The translations under genes were made by a program, and so were the position numbers. A stretch of 64,000 nucleotides of DNA from an uncultured virus (IMG/VR IMGVR_UViG_3300048018_000259). Taxonomy: Duplodnaviria; Heunggongvirae; Uroviricota; Caudoviricetes; Crassvirales. The stretch is from IMG/VR virus record IMGVR_UViG_3300048018_000259; one strand, written 5' to 3'. This document shows positions 28,169 through 38,555 of the stretch, in pieces. How positions within the stretch are numbered: position 1 is the stretch's first letter; every line of letters begins with the position of its first letter. The notes beneath the pieces were generated by a model, which did not search any database, had not been told where the DNA came from, and worked only from the letters and a program-made list of their open reading frames with translations.

Positions 28169-31100
28169 TTATTTGTTCATAAGTTCTAATATTTTATTTA
28201 CTCGGTTCTTTTCGTATTGCAAAGCTCTTATTTCTTTTTTTGACAATCCAAACTTAAGCAATGTTTTTACTTGATCAGGTTTGTTTTCACCTTTAATAGA
28301 ATCAAACTGTCTTCTAAGTTTTCTTTCCGCACTTTCGTTTTTAGGTTTTATTTTTACTTTTGGCTCTTCTTTAACATCTTCAACTTTAACCTCAGGTTTA
28401 ACCTCTGGCGTAACTTTTGCTTTTTGAAGTTCTATTATTTTTTCAACTCTTGCTTGCTCTTTACCTAAAGCTTTTATTTCTTTTTTAGTAAGCCCTAAAT
28501 CTAAAAGCATATCAACTTGCTCTTTAGTTTTAGTTTCTTTTTTCATTGTAATAACATCTTCTATAGCTTGCTCTTCAGGAGTTAATACTTTTGCAGCATC
28601 AAATCCGCCATAGTATCCTAAACCTACATCCCATGTAGACCAACCTAATCCTAGCGCAACTTTCTGCCAAAGAGCGGATTGTTCGTTTACAATACCTCGC
28701 ATACTATTCAGCTTTTTTATAACTCTATCAAGAGGTATATTAGTAAGTCCAGTTGTTATTTGAGCGCCTGCTAAATAAGCTGGATTGTCTAAACTAAACC
28801 CTTTGCTTTTTATATCTTTCATATTCCAGCTAAAACTTCTAAGTCCGCTATTTATTTTTTGTATCTTAGAACCAAGAGGCGGTGAGAATCCTAATAAATC
28901 AAATACTGCTTCTTCGTATTTAGATCTATCTTTTGCGTGTTGCTTACCTAATTCCATTAAAGCAGTTTTTAAAGCAACTACTGCGGCACCGCCAATACCT
29001 AATCCTTTAAGCTGTGAATCAATCATACCATTTGCTACTCTTGAAATCTTTTCACTTTTCTTAGCATCCATTTCTTCTTCGTCATCTTCGCCAAATCCTA
29101 ATGCAAACACAGCTTGTTGCAGAGCATTGAATATTAAATTCTGTACAGCACCGTAATAAACAATTTTAGATACGTTTGTTTTCCAATCGCCTCTACCGTT
29201 TATAAGATCTTGAGCTGCTCTTTTTTGTATACGAGCATACTGCATAGGTGTGTTTGCCCACGCTAATATTACACGACCCGCACCAGACGCTTGTTGTGCA
29301 CTAATTCTATTTGGATTACTTGATTGCTGGCTTTCTTCTGCTATTTGTCTGAAGTCATCAAACGCTTGCTTTTCTGCAGCTTTTTGATCCATTCCTTTAG
29401 CCACTAAAGCTTTTACTCTGTTTCTATAAAATGTAGAGCCACCTGTTGCAATAGCAAAACTATCCGCAAATCTAGTCATAACAAAACCTTTACTTAATAA
29501 AAATGCTATAGCAGACTTTACTTTGTTTTTAGAATCTCTTACAGCATCTGCTATTTCAGATTCACTTACATTTATTTTAAGTCCGTTTCTACGTTCAACT
29601 AAGTAATCAGAATTCATAAGTGTCATGAAATCACTCCAGAATTGTTTTTGATTAGCAAATGCTAAACCAGCTTTAACAATATTATTATCACCCCAGTTTA
29701 TAAAGTTTACCGATGATATTGTTTGAAGCAACGCAGACCTTGTATTTAAAAACATTACAGCACCTACAGAATTGTTCAACCAATCTAATAATCCATCAGT
29801 AACTCTGTTGCCGCCTGGAGGTCTGTTGCTACCAGATTTCATTCTACGTAAAGAATCTTCCATAGCTTCACGCCATCTAGTTCCGTATGCAGCTTCCATT
29901 TTATTCATATTATCTTCTGAAAATATGATGTCTACATTTTCTCTCCACTCTTGTTGGTACTCTGCTCTGTTTACTTTATTGATACCGTTTATAATATCGC
30001 TAGTTATGTTACCACCCAGCCAATTATTTCCAGGCTTAGGATAAGGTTTGCCTTTTTGAATTTTCATTAATTCATCTGTAAACACACTAAGCTCTGCATT
30101 GTTGTTTACAAAATCATTTAATTCTTTTATATCTTTTTTAGACAAACCTGGAATGCTCATACCTTGCTTAGACCACACAGCAACACGAACAGCATGTGAA
30201 AATGTAAATCCCCCTATACCTGTTGGCTTGCTTAAGCTTTTAGGTAAAGTTTTTAAGTTTTGTTTTAATGCCTTAAAGTCATTTGCTGCCGCTATTTTAG
30301 CTTGTGTTACAGCTGATTCAGCCCTGTCATAAGGATCAAGTAAATTTGTTTTAAGAAATGCCATTTGAGCATCTCCTCTTTTGCCTTTACCTAGCATTTT
30401 ATATAATAATCCTGTAAAATCTTCAGCGGATGCTGGTATAAAGAAATTAAACTTTCCTTTGTTAGCACCAACTGTTTTAGCTCTAGCAGCAGAGTATTGT
30501 TTATAAGTTTCAATACCTGAAGAATCTTCAATCATATCGTTTACGATAATATCAAAAGTTTCGAGCTTACTTTCTTTTGCTAATTGAACTTTAGACTTTA
30601 CATCGATTTGACTAAGTACATTTTTTACAGCTTTTACATTTTTAATTGCATCATCTGCAAAATAAAAATCATTATAACCTTCTGCGGCTTTACCCATTAT
30701 CCAACCAGCTTTTGCTTCAGCTGTTCCATCACTTAAACCTGTTATATTTTTTAAAGGTATATCAATACCATTTGCTTTCATAAAAGCTTTTATAGAGCCA
30801 TCAGCATTTTGAGGTCTTGCTGTAAGTATAAACACATCTTCGGTTCCTCTTGCGTCTGCTATTTTTTGAGCAACTTCAAATAAGGGCCCTTTCTTTCCTT
30901 CAACAACTTTGCTAAATTCTGTAAAATCAAATTCTGCGCCTTGTGATTCAAGATCAGATGCTTGCTGAGCAAATTGAGTTGCGTTTATTTTTTTAGAACT
31001 ACCGTCAGGCATATTAACAATAACCATGCTTTTTGATTTTGCAAGTGTGTCATCAAAATCAAATACTCTAATCTTTTTAACAGGTTGATTTAGTTTTCTA

Positions 31101-34100
31101 GCGTTGTTTAATGCTTTATCAGTTTTTTCTAATGCATTTACAGCTGTTTGTACAGTTATAAGTCTGTCATACTTTATATCATTTGGTATTAAATCACTAT
31201 CAAGCTTTGAAGCCATTGACTTCCCAGGTACTAAAGGTATAGAAGCTTTAATAACTTTTGCTACGTTATAATCAGAATTTTCTATAGTTTCTAGTATAGC
31301 TTCGTTTTGAATACTAGAAGCTTGCACTTTTTCGTTAGCATTATATCCGTCATATATTTTTGGGTCAATACCAAAACCACTTTCTTCAGCAACTGTTTTT
31401 CCTGTATCAGGATTTTTAAGTGTATTTAAATCAATTCCTGCAGCAGCAAGCCTTGTTATAGGATTACTAAATATGCTTTGCCCTTCTACTAACGTAGAAT
31501 CCAATTTAGCTTGATCCAATAAATCATCATCAAATTTAGAAAGCTGCGTTTGATAATAGTTTTCTTTTATAGCTTTCATTGTAGGAGCAGCAGCATTGCT
31601 TTTAATAGCTAAAAGTATAGACGCACCAACTACTGAAGCAGGAGGATTGTGTTCTTCTCTATATTTTTTTCCTTCTCTTTGTTGCTTTTTTGAATTAATA
31701 CCACCATATTTCATTTCGATTGAGCGATATTTAAATTGTGCAGATATTTTTACTAAACCTGCGGTAGCTTGATAACTTTGTATAATAATAGCAGCAGCTA
31801 TATCTAATGACATATTATCTGCAACAGCATCAGTAAGTTGGTTGACCACATGATCTAAAACAACCATGTTATCTTTAGCCCTTTGTGCAGCTAATTCTCT
31901 AACTTTTTTATTTTTAGAGAAAGCTTGAATAGGCGACACTCGCATAGCTTTAGGCCCATTATAAGCCTTAGCACTTTCTATTAGCTTTTTGTAAGCAGGA
32001 TCACTTTTGCCGTAATATAACCTACCAGGTTTAGCAATCCAATTTGTTATGCCTTTAGTATCAATTTCAACAAATTTACCGTCTGTTGTTTTTCCAAACT
32101 TAATAGGTTTTTTTATCCCAGCTTCAGAAGCTTGCTTAGCAGAAGAATACATTTTTCCTCCCTTAATACCATAAAAAGTTTGTTTACCCCCGCTACCCAT
32201 TTTACCAGCTTCTATAACAGCAGTGTCTAACCCATACTTAACAACAGCTTTCTGCATAGCAACTTGCTGAGCTTCTCTGTTGGATTCATTTATAGGTGGG
32301 GACTTAAAACCTAGCTTATTAGCTAATTGTTTTTTGTCTTTTAAGACAGACACCTCTTTAAATGCGGTTTTAATTTTAGGAGGCATAGCATCATAACTTT
32401 CTAGCTTGCTAGCCATAGATGTATTCTTGCCAGCTGCAACATCTTGTTTAGTTTCTAAACTTAAATCTGTATCAGATCGTACAATTTCATTTGTTACAAG
32501 TCTTCCATACAAATTAGCAATACCTTTTAAAGCTTGGGCTTGAGAAGATCTAGCTTTAAACCCTTCTTGTTTCTTGCCATCAACAATACCAAATGCTTCT
32601 AAAAATTTTGCTTTTGTAATTCCTTTATTTAAAACAAATGGCGAAAGCCCAGCACCTTTGCCAAGTCTATCTTTTTTAGTATAAAATGCATCGAGCAATC
32701 CTTTTGGCACGCCCGTAGAGGTGCCTAAGAGCTTCTCTGTTGCAGCTTCTACTACTGCACCTTGTGGTAATATCTTTAATAATTTATCTGCGTTCTTATT
32801 GACAAATTGCTGAATAGCTGTAGCGTCTGCTTTTGATAAATTAGCAGCGGGTACAGTAAGTTTTTTAACCGGTATGCCAATTTCTTCTGCAATAATTTCA
32901 GGAGCTAAATCACCAAGCTTTTTAAACGTTAAATTTTTAGGATCAATGCCTTTAATTTTTTCCTGTATTTGTTCTTTAATTTTAGTTACCGCGTCTTTAG
33001 AAATAAGTGAACTAGGTTTTATTTTTCTAGTAACAGGTTTTGTACTTACTTCGGTAGTTACTTCTTCAGCAGCAATTCCTTTAGCTTCTGTTACATCTGC
33101 AGTAAACTCTTTGCCTAAAATTCTTTGCGAAGCTTCTATAGCTCTAGCGGGTAAAAATTTATTTACATAAGCGGCTAATGGCACGTTTGATTTAGGGTCG
33201 TATTCTTTAATTAAATCTATTATACCGCGTTTGCCTGTTTCAATTTCATCTGTTAATAACTGACGATCAAAATTAGGCGCTTCACTTCTTTTATCTACTA
33301 TTTTATTTACTATGGGTTTGAATTGTTGTATAATATCAAATGCCCCATCAACACCTTTAGCCTCATAAATAGTTTGCACTTTATTACTGGCTTCAATGTT
33401 TGATTCTAATTTGCTTTCTTTTGCAACTATCTTTTTATTTTCAGTTTCAACCTTAGCCAGCTCAGTATCTATTGATTTAATTTCACGAGCTCCTTTAGTT
33501 CTACCGTCAACTTTTTCAACTATTCCATCAACTAATTTGCCTTCCGCTCCTTCTCTAGCTATTTTAAGTTGTGCTTCACTTAATTTTTTACCAGAGTTAA
33601 TTGTATTATTATATTCTCTTAAAAAATTAAAAACATCTAAGCCAGTATTAAATTCAATATTTAGCGGTTGCTTTTTATTAGATTTAAAAACATTAGATAT
33701 TTTATCTTTTAATGCTTCAAAAAAGCTTTTTGTTTTTTCATTATAAACAATATCACCATCTGAAATAGCTTCACTAACCAAAGGAATGACTTCCTCATAG
33801 GTCATTTCAGCTGAGTAGTTTTTATCATCTATATAGTCCTGAAGCCTGGCTCTCATCTTAGCGCCACCTTGGATTTGTTTATTATTTAATATTTCCGTTA
33901 TTAAAGACTTCCCAAATGTTATTGCTAGCTCTGGGTTGTTTTGGAATGTTTGTTTAAAAAATGGGTGTAAAAGCTCGTGTTGATCTGTAGTATACTTCTG
34001 TCTTTCTGCAGCAACTCTATCGTTTATTAATATAATAGTTTCACCATCAAACTCAATAGCCTGTCCATATCCTAATGACTTTTGCACCTTAGCGCCTTTA

Positions 34101-36688
34101 TCTGCAAGTTCTTTAACTCTAGCATCGTAGGATTCTTGTGTGCCGTAATTTTCAAATTTTGCTCCTAATTGTTCTGCTATTAATCTTGCACCTTCTCTAG
34201 TTTTAGAGCCTTCAATGTCGGTAACCCTATCCTGCACAATAAGTTCTTCAATTTGCAATTTTACTTCATCTAATTGCGCTTGATCCCCATTATTATTAGT
34301 AATATCAGAGTCATCTACTTTTTTAATTTTTTCTTGTAATTTATTTCTTTGGATTAAAAGCTTAGCTATAGGTGCTTGGTTTTCAAAATTAACACCAGCT
34401 TCTGATAATATTTTTGCACTATTTTGTGTATTTATAAAATTTTGCTTTATTATATCTGCTTCTCCTTGAGTCATTTCCCCGCGATTAACTTCTGCTTTTA
34501 GCTGCGTATTTAGTAAGCTTAAAGAGCCATTAACGTTTGATATTTTTAAAGAAGTTTCAGACACATTAGAATCCCCAAAGGCGTTGTACATGTAATCAAT
34601 CTTGCCGTCTTCCAATAAGGTATTAACCCTTCTATTAGTTGCTGCTTGGTTCAGATAAGATCTTCCTGCTCCAAGGGCTGTAAGTTTTGACCCAAAAGCA
34701 CCTCCTATTAAAAATGTATCAAATCCTTCTGCAAACTTTTTATTAAAATCTATTTCGTTTCCAGTATATAAATATTCTGCTAATTCATTTAAAACAAATG
34801 TACCTGTTTCTGATCCACCCTCTGAAGCAAAACCTAAACCTATATCTTTAAAATAATTTCCTAAATTTTTAAAAGCATCATCTGCATTTTTTGGCCTAAA
34901 ACCAAAAGCTTTTTTAGCTAACCCTCTAGTTACAATTTCTAGAGCACCCTCAGATACACCAATCATCATAGAATAACCTGTAAGTGCTAGATCTAAATCA
35001 TTACCTTCCATTTGTTTTTCTCTACTAGCAGCAGAAGCCTCACCTACTATTAATAAAGGTATACCCACATAAGGTATTGCAACCTCAATTAAACTAGTAG
35101 CAGAGGTTAAAGCATCAGTAGACAGCCTAGTCATTTGACTTACAAAGCTTCTATCAAAAACCCCCTCTGTAATGGTTTGATCAAATACACGCATAGAGGA
35201 GTTTATTCTGTCTACTTCTCTAAACATTTCATCTGATATGTTTAATAAATAATTAGCAACCATTCCTTGATCACCTCCAGGAGTCATCCCCGCTAGCTTA
35301 TTTATTGCTCTAGCTCTTTGTTCGTAAGGCAAAGCATTTAAAGCTGTTAATGTTTTATCGTCAAGAGTAATAGAAGCTATTGTTTGATTAATATAACTTG
35401 GTATACTTAAAACTTTACCTCCTATACGAATAACTCCTGCTTTAAGACCTTTGCCTAAACGGTCTCCAAATTCTAGACGTTCTGCGTTTTCAGAATTTCG
35501 TTGCATAGTTGATAGCACTACACCAAATTTATCTTGCTCAGCTGTTAGATTATAATCCTCAGCGGTTAATTGCATTACAGAAGTAGCCTTTTTGCCTGTT
35601 CTTGCTTCGTAATTATCAAAAGCCTGTTTGTCGTTTGCTCTAGGAATTTCTTGCTGTTTCCCTTTTCTGTAGAAGCCACCTTCCTCATCGTAAAATGCTT
35701 GCTCAGGGTTATTTTTTAATTTACCATCAGTATCCCTTAAGTTATTCATTTCAGCTATTTCCTGATTTGTAGGGCCTTCCTTTATTTTTTTTGCAAAGTT
35801 ATAATCATCTACTAATTCATTTCTATTTTTTAATAAGTTATTATAAAGAACTGCCTCTTCTTTAGTGTAAATAATAGGTTCTCCTTTATCATTAAAATTA
35901 AAATCAGTAGTAATAATTTCATCATATTTTTCTATTTGAACCTCTAAAGGAACAGGCTTATAACCGGGGGCATATGGGCCTACATAAGGATCTTCTTCTT
36001 TTACAAGCTCTCCTTTTGAGTCCATCTTCCATATATTAGGATCATCTCCTTCTTTAATTGGTTGATTTAAAGGTATAGTAGAGGGTACTAAAGTATTGTT
36101 ATTAAGTTGATTTTGTCTTTCAATAGCTTTAATCCTTCTTTTTTCAGCCTCTTTTTTTCTTTTTTTAAAATCTTTTAGCTGTTTTTCTTGCTCTTCATTT
36201 AAGTGACCTAATTCTCCTGCTATGCTAAAAATAGCAGTGCTATTATTTTCTAATTTCCAATCTTCGGCACCTTCTTTTTTTTGGTAGTACTCTATGTTTC
36301 CTTGCTCATCAACGTTCCATTTAAAATCGTAGCTATTAGCTGTGTACGTTTGATCTTTAGATACAACAGAATTAAGCTTTTCGTTTTGCTTTTCTTGTTT
36401 TTTAAAATCATCTAAAGATACGCCAAATGAATCTTGAAACATATCACTAAATACTCCTGCGTAGTATTTGGATTTTCCACTTCCAAAAGTTGAATTCTCG
36501 GACGCTGCACTGTCTTTCCCTGGTGCAGACACATCCGTCTTTTCCTCCACAACAGGGTCTATCTTTACTTCTTCAACTACTTCTTCCTCAACTTTAGGTT
36601 GGTTTTTCTTTTTCCACTCTTGAACTTTAGCAGATATATCTGTAGCTCCTTGTTCTTGTAGTGACTGTACATATTCTAGTAATGTCAT
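28169..36688 (-). CDS. Giant polyvalent virion/ejection protein (2839 aa) with zincin, sigma-like and HAD domains
   Basis: Third of three genes after the tail genes; HELLH, sigma region-2-like segment and DFDDTL/LTAR/FADD motifs. Confidence 0.75.
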   Translation of the reverse strand: MTLLEYVQSLQEQGATDISAKVQEWKKKNQPKVEEEVVEEVKIDPVVEEKTDVSAPGKDSAASENSTFGSGKSKYYAGVFSDMFQDSFGVSLDDFKKQEKQNEKLNSVVSKDQTYTANSYDFKWNVDEQGNIEYYQKKEGAEDWKLENNSTAIFSIAGELGHLNEEQEKQLKDFKKRKKEAEKRRIKAIERQNQLNNNTLVPSTIPLNQPIKEGDDPNIWKMDSKGELVKEEDPYVGPYAPGYKPVPLEVQIEKYDEIITTDFNFNDKGEPIIYTKEEAVLYNNLLKNRNELVDDYNFAKKIKEGPTNQEIAEMNNLRDTDGKLKNNPEQAFYDEEGGFYRKGKQQEIPRANDKQAFDNYEARTGKKATSVMQLTAEDYNLTAEQDKFGVVLSTMQRNSENAERLEFGDRLGKGLKAGVIRIGGKVLSIPSYINQTIASITLDDKTLTALNALPYEQRARAINKLAGMTPGGDQGMVANYLLNISDEMFREVDRINSSMRVFDQTITEGVFDRSFVSQMTRLSTDALTSATSLIEVAIPYVGIPLLIVGEASAASREKQMEGNDLDLALTGYSMMIGVSEGALEIVTRGLAKKAFGFRPKNADDAFKNLGNYFKDIGLGFASEGGSETGTFVLNELAEYLYTGNEIDFNKKFAEGFDTFLIGGAFGSKLTALGAGRSYLNQAATNRRVNTLLEDGKIDYMYNAFGDSNVSETSLKISNVNGSLSLLNTQLKAEVNRGEMTQGEADIIKQNFINTQNSAKILSEAGVNFENQAPIAKLLIQRNKLQEKIKKVDDSDITNNNGDQAQLDEVKLQIEELIVQDRVTDIEGSKTREGARLIAEQLGAKFENYGTQESYDARVKELADKGAKVQKSLGYGQAIEFDGETIILINDRVAAERQKYTTDQHELLHPFFKQTFQNNPELAITFGKSLITEILNNKQIQGGAKMRARLQDYIDDKNYSAEMTYEEVIPLVSEAISDGDIVYNEKTKSFFEALKDKISNVFKSNKKQPLNIEFNTGLDVFNFLREYNNTINSGKKLSEAQLKIAREGAEGKLVDGIVEKVDGRTKGAREIKSIDTELAKVETENKKIVAKESKLESNIEASNKVQTIYEAKGVDGAFDIIQQFKPIVNKIVDKRSEAPNFDRQLLTDEIETGKRGIIDLIKEYDPKSNVPLAAYVNKFLPARAIEASQRILGKEFTADVTEAKGIAAEEVTTEVSTKPVTRKIKPSSLISKDAVTKIKEQIQEKIKGIDPKNLTFKKLGDLAPEIIAEEIGIPVKKLTVPAANLSKADATAIQQFVNKNADKLLKILPQGAVVEAATEKLLGTSTGVPKGLLDAFYTKKDRLGKGAGLSPFVLNKGITKAKFLEAFGIVDGKKQEGFKARSSQAQALKGIANLYGRLVTNEIVRSDTDLSLETKQDVAAGKNTSMASKLESYDAMPPKIKTAFKEVSVLKDKKQLANKLGFKSPPINESNREAQQVAMQKAVVKYGLDTAVIEAGKMGSGGKQTFYGIKGGKMYSSAKQASEAGIKKPIKFGKTTDGKFVEIDTKGITNWIAKPGRLYYGKSDPAYKKLIESAKAYNGPKAMRVSPIQAFSKNKKVRELAAQRAKDNMVVLDHVVNQLTDAVADNMSLDIAAAIIIQSYQATAGLVKISAQFKYRSIEMKYGGINSKKQQREGKKYREEHNPPASVVGASILLAIKSNAAAPTMKAIKENYYQTQLSKFDDDLLDQAKLDSTLVEGQSIFSNPITRLAAAGIDLNTLKNPDTGKTVAEESGFGIDPKIYDGYNANEKVQASSIQNEAILETIENSDYNVAKVIKASIPLVPGKSMASKLDSDLIPNDIKYDRLITVQTAVNALEKTDKALNNARKLNQPVKKIRVFDFDDTLAKSKSMVIVNMPDGSSKKINATQFAQQASDLESQGAEFDFTEFSKVVEGKKGPLFEVAQKIADARGTEDVFILTARPQNADGSIKAFMKANGIDIPLKNITGLSDGTAEAKAGWIMGKAAEGYNDFYFADDAIKNVKAVKNVLSQIDVKSKVQLAKESKLETFDIIVNDMIEDSSGIETYKQYSAARAKTVGANKGKFNFFIPASAEDFTGLLYKMLGKGKRGDAQMAFLKTNLLDPYDRAESAVTQAKIAAANDFKALKQNLKTLPKSLSKPTGIGGFTFSHAVRVAVWSKQGMSIPGLSKKDIKELNDFVNNNAELSVFTDELMKIQKGKPYPKPGNNWLGGNITSDIINGINKVNRAEYQQEWRENVDIIFSEDNMNKMEAAYGTRWREAMEDSLRRMKSGSNRPPGGNRVTDGLLDWLNNSVGAVMFLNTRSALLQTISSVNFINWGDNNIVKAGLAFANQKQFWSDFMTLMNSDYLVERRNGLKINVSESEIADAVRDSKNKVKSAIAFLLSKGFVMTRFADSFAIATGGSTFYRNRVKALVAKGMDQKAAEKQAFDDFRQIAEESQQSSNPNRISAQQASGAGRVILAWANTPMQYARIQKRAAQDLINGRGDWKTNVSKIVYYGAVQNLIFNALQQAVFALGFGEDDEEEMDAKKSEKISRVANGMIDSQLKGLGIGGAAVVALKTALMELGKQHAKDRSKYEEAVFDLLGFSPPLGSKIQKINSGLRSFSWNMKDIKSKGFSLDNPAYLAGAQITTGLTNIPLDRVIKKLNSMRGIVNEQSALWQKVALGLGWSTWDVGLGYYGGFDAAKVLTPEEQAIEDVITMKKETKTKEQVDMLLDLGLTKKEIKALGKEQARVEKIIELQKAKVTPEVKPEVKVEDVKEEPKVKIKPKNESAERKLRRQFDSIKGENKPDQVKTLLKFGLSKKEIRALQYEKNRVNKILELMNK

Positions 36689-36693
36689 TTAAT

Positions 36694-37845
36694 TTAATTT
36701 AAGTTGTTATCATCCAAAAATTTCTGAGCTTTTGCTTTTTTAGCTTCTTCTAAATCAAATACCGCTGCGTCTTCTTTTACCGTAGGTATTTGGTTTCTAG
36801 TAAATTCATTTAGATAATTATTCATAAAGTATGTTCTGTATTTTATTGAGAAAAGATCTTTTTTGTCTTGGGATAAAGGCAAGTCTAATTCATAGCTCCA
36901 ACTTGAACCTGCTGCGTTTGCATTTTGAACCATCTGATCATCTTCTTCAACACTTGTGTCTTTAGATATATAAACATTCCATGCGGCTACTGCGTCTTGT
37001 TCAGAACTCATTAAACCAGCAACCTCAGCGTTTATAAACGGAGCCACCTTTTGATTAATCTTTTCCATGTCGTACTTAAATACGTTCTTTCCTTTGCCAT
37101 TGCCTAAATCAACAATTTCATAGTCAAAACTGCCGTCTGGATTTTTCATTACAAATTCTTCACTTATTTTAGCATTGCCTTTTAATTCTTTATTTTCATT
37201 AATCATTTCTTGCATAAACAATCCAGTTTCTGGCAGAAGACGTAACATATCCTTACCTATATTTGGTGTTGAAGCAACAAGAGAAGTATCAGAATCTATT
37301 AAAGCTCCTAAAGCGGAACTATTTATAATTAAAGGGTGATCAACTTCCACTTCAATAAAATCACCATCAAAAGGAACTAACTCTCTTTTTTTAAAAGCAG
37401 GACCCACAAACTCAATTTGCTGAGAACCGTCTCTTAGTAAATCTAAATAAGCCTCATAGCCATCTGTTTTAGAAAAACCAGGTTTACCTGTCATTAAACT
37501 ATTAGCTGCAGCGTATCTATAGTCATTGTTGGGGTCAAAGCTGTCCTCTTCCGTTACGCTAAGCTCAGCTACAATTGATCCTAAAAAATCTAAGGAAGCC
37601 TTAGGCGCTTCTTGCAATTGTTTTAATTGGCTTAATTCTACCGCGCAGTGTTCGGATTCACATTTGTTAGATTCTATAGCTATTTTTATTTTAGCATAGT
37701 GCTTACCAGCTAATCTATATGCGTTGTCTAACAGCTGAAACTGAAAGTCACTAGTTTTAGATATAAAGTCTTGATTATAAGCAATAGCATTACTTTCGTT
37801 GAATTGCTTTAAATACAGGTTTTTGAGTATGTTATCGTTTTCCAT
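36694..37845 (-). CDS. Putative internal virion/ejection protein (383 aa)
   Basis: Position between the pilot-like and giant proteins. Confidence 0.5.
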   Translation of the reverse strand: MENDNILKNLYLKQFNESNAIAYNQDFISKTSDFQFQLLDNAYRLAGKHYAKIKIAIESNKCESEHCAVELSQLKQLQEAPKASLDFLGSIVAELSVTEEDSFDPNNDYRYAAANSLMTGKPGFSKTDGYEAYLDLLRDGSQQIEFVGPAFKKRELVPFDGDFIEVEVDHPLIINSSALGALIDSDTSLVASTPNIGKDMLRLLPETGLFMQEMINENKELKGNAKISEEFVMKNPDGSFDYEIVDLGNGKGKNVFKYDMEKINQKVAPFINAEVAGLMSSEQDAVAAWNVYISKDTSVEEDDQMVQNANAAGSSWSYELDLPLSQDKKDLFSIKYRTYFMNNYLNEFTRNQIPTVKEDAAVFDLEEAKKAKAQKFLDDNNLN

Positions 37846-37856
37846 GTGTTATTCTA

Positions 37857-38543
37857 TTATGATGGCGTTGATGGCGGTGTTTTTGGGCCAAATAATCCAG
37901 GTGTTGCTGCTATACTACCTAAAGAATTAAACATACCTCCTATGGCACTTGCTTGGTCTTTATTTGCCTGCGCCTCTGCTGACTTGGCCATACCTAGTTG
38001 AGCAGCTGTTCTGTCCAATTCTGCAACTTGTCTGCCTTCTCTTGTGTTAAACATAAATTGTTCACCAGCAACATCTGCTTGCTGTAACCTTTGTGCCTCA
38101 GCCATTTTTTGTTGCTGCAGCCTAGCTTCACCAGCGGCTCTTTTATCTTCATTTGATTTTTCTTGCGCTTCAATACTAGCTGCTACTCCTTTTTTAGACT
38201 GTAATGCGGCTTGAGCTAATGCTGTGGCTCCGCCTGCACTACCGCCTGTTTGTCGTATAGTGTCTAAAGTATTTGCTAAAGATATATCAGCTTCTTCTAT
38301 TTTCATTTCAGCTGCACCTGTAGCTACAGATAAATTTGCAAAAGGATTGCTTACCATGCTGCTTAAATCAGTTACGCCCTCGTATGGGTTTATTATAGCT
38401 TGACGATTTTTTTCTAAACTATTTAATTTATTATTAAGTCTTCTTCTTTCTCTAGCAGCGGCCCTGGCTCTTTTTTTAGCAGCATTAGAACCAAAGATTC
38501 CGCCTGCTATTGACATAGCGCCACCTATTATTGCTCCTACCAT
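37857..38543 (-). CDS. Putative DNA ejection (pilot) protein (228 aa)
   Basis: Gly/Ala hydrophobic termini and an Ala/Gln-rich helical core. Confidence 0.65.
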   Translation of the reverse strand: MVGAIIGGAMSIAGGIFGSNAAKKRARAAARERRRLNNKLNSLEKNRQAIINPYEGVTDLSSMVSNPFANLSVATGAAEMKIEEADISLANTLDTIRQTGGSAGGATALAQAALQSKKGVAASIEAQEKSNEDKRAAGEARLQQQKMAEAQRLQQADVAGEQFMFNTREGRQVAELDRTAAQLGMAKSAEAQANKDQASAIGGMFNSLGSIAATPGLFGPKTPPSTPS

Positions 38544-38555
38544 ATTTTTATATTT

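Noticed and set aside
31030..31075. FDFDD as an RNA polymerase catalytic motif
   Set aside because: It is DxDxT followed by HAD motifs II-IV, not DxDxD in a double-psi-barrel context
28271..33746. Short + strand ORFs opposite the giant gene, and similar antisense ORFs elsewhere
   Set aside because: Shadow frames of long genes, with no start context or recognisable motifs
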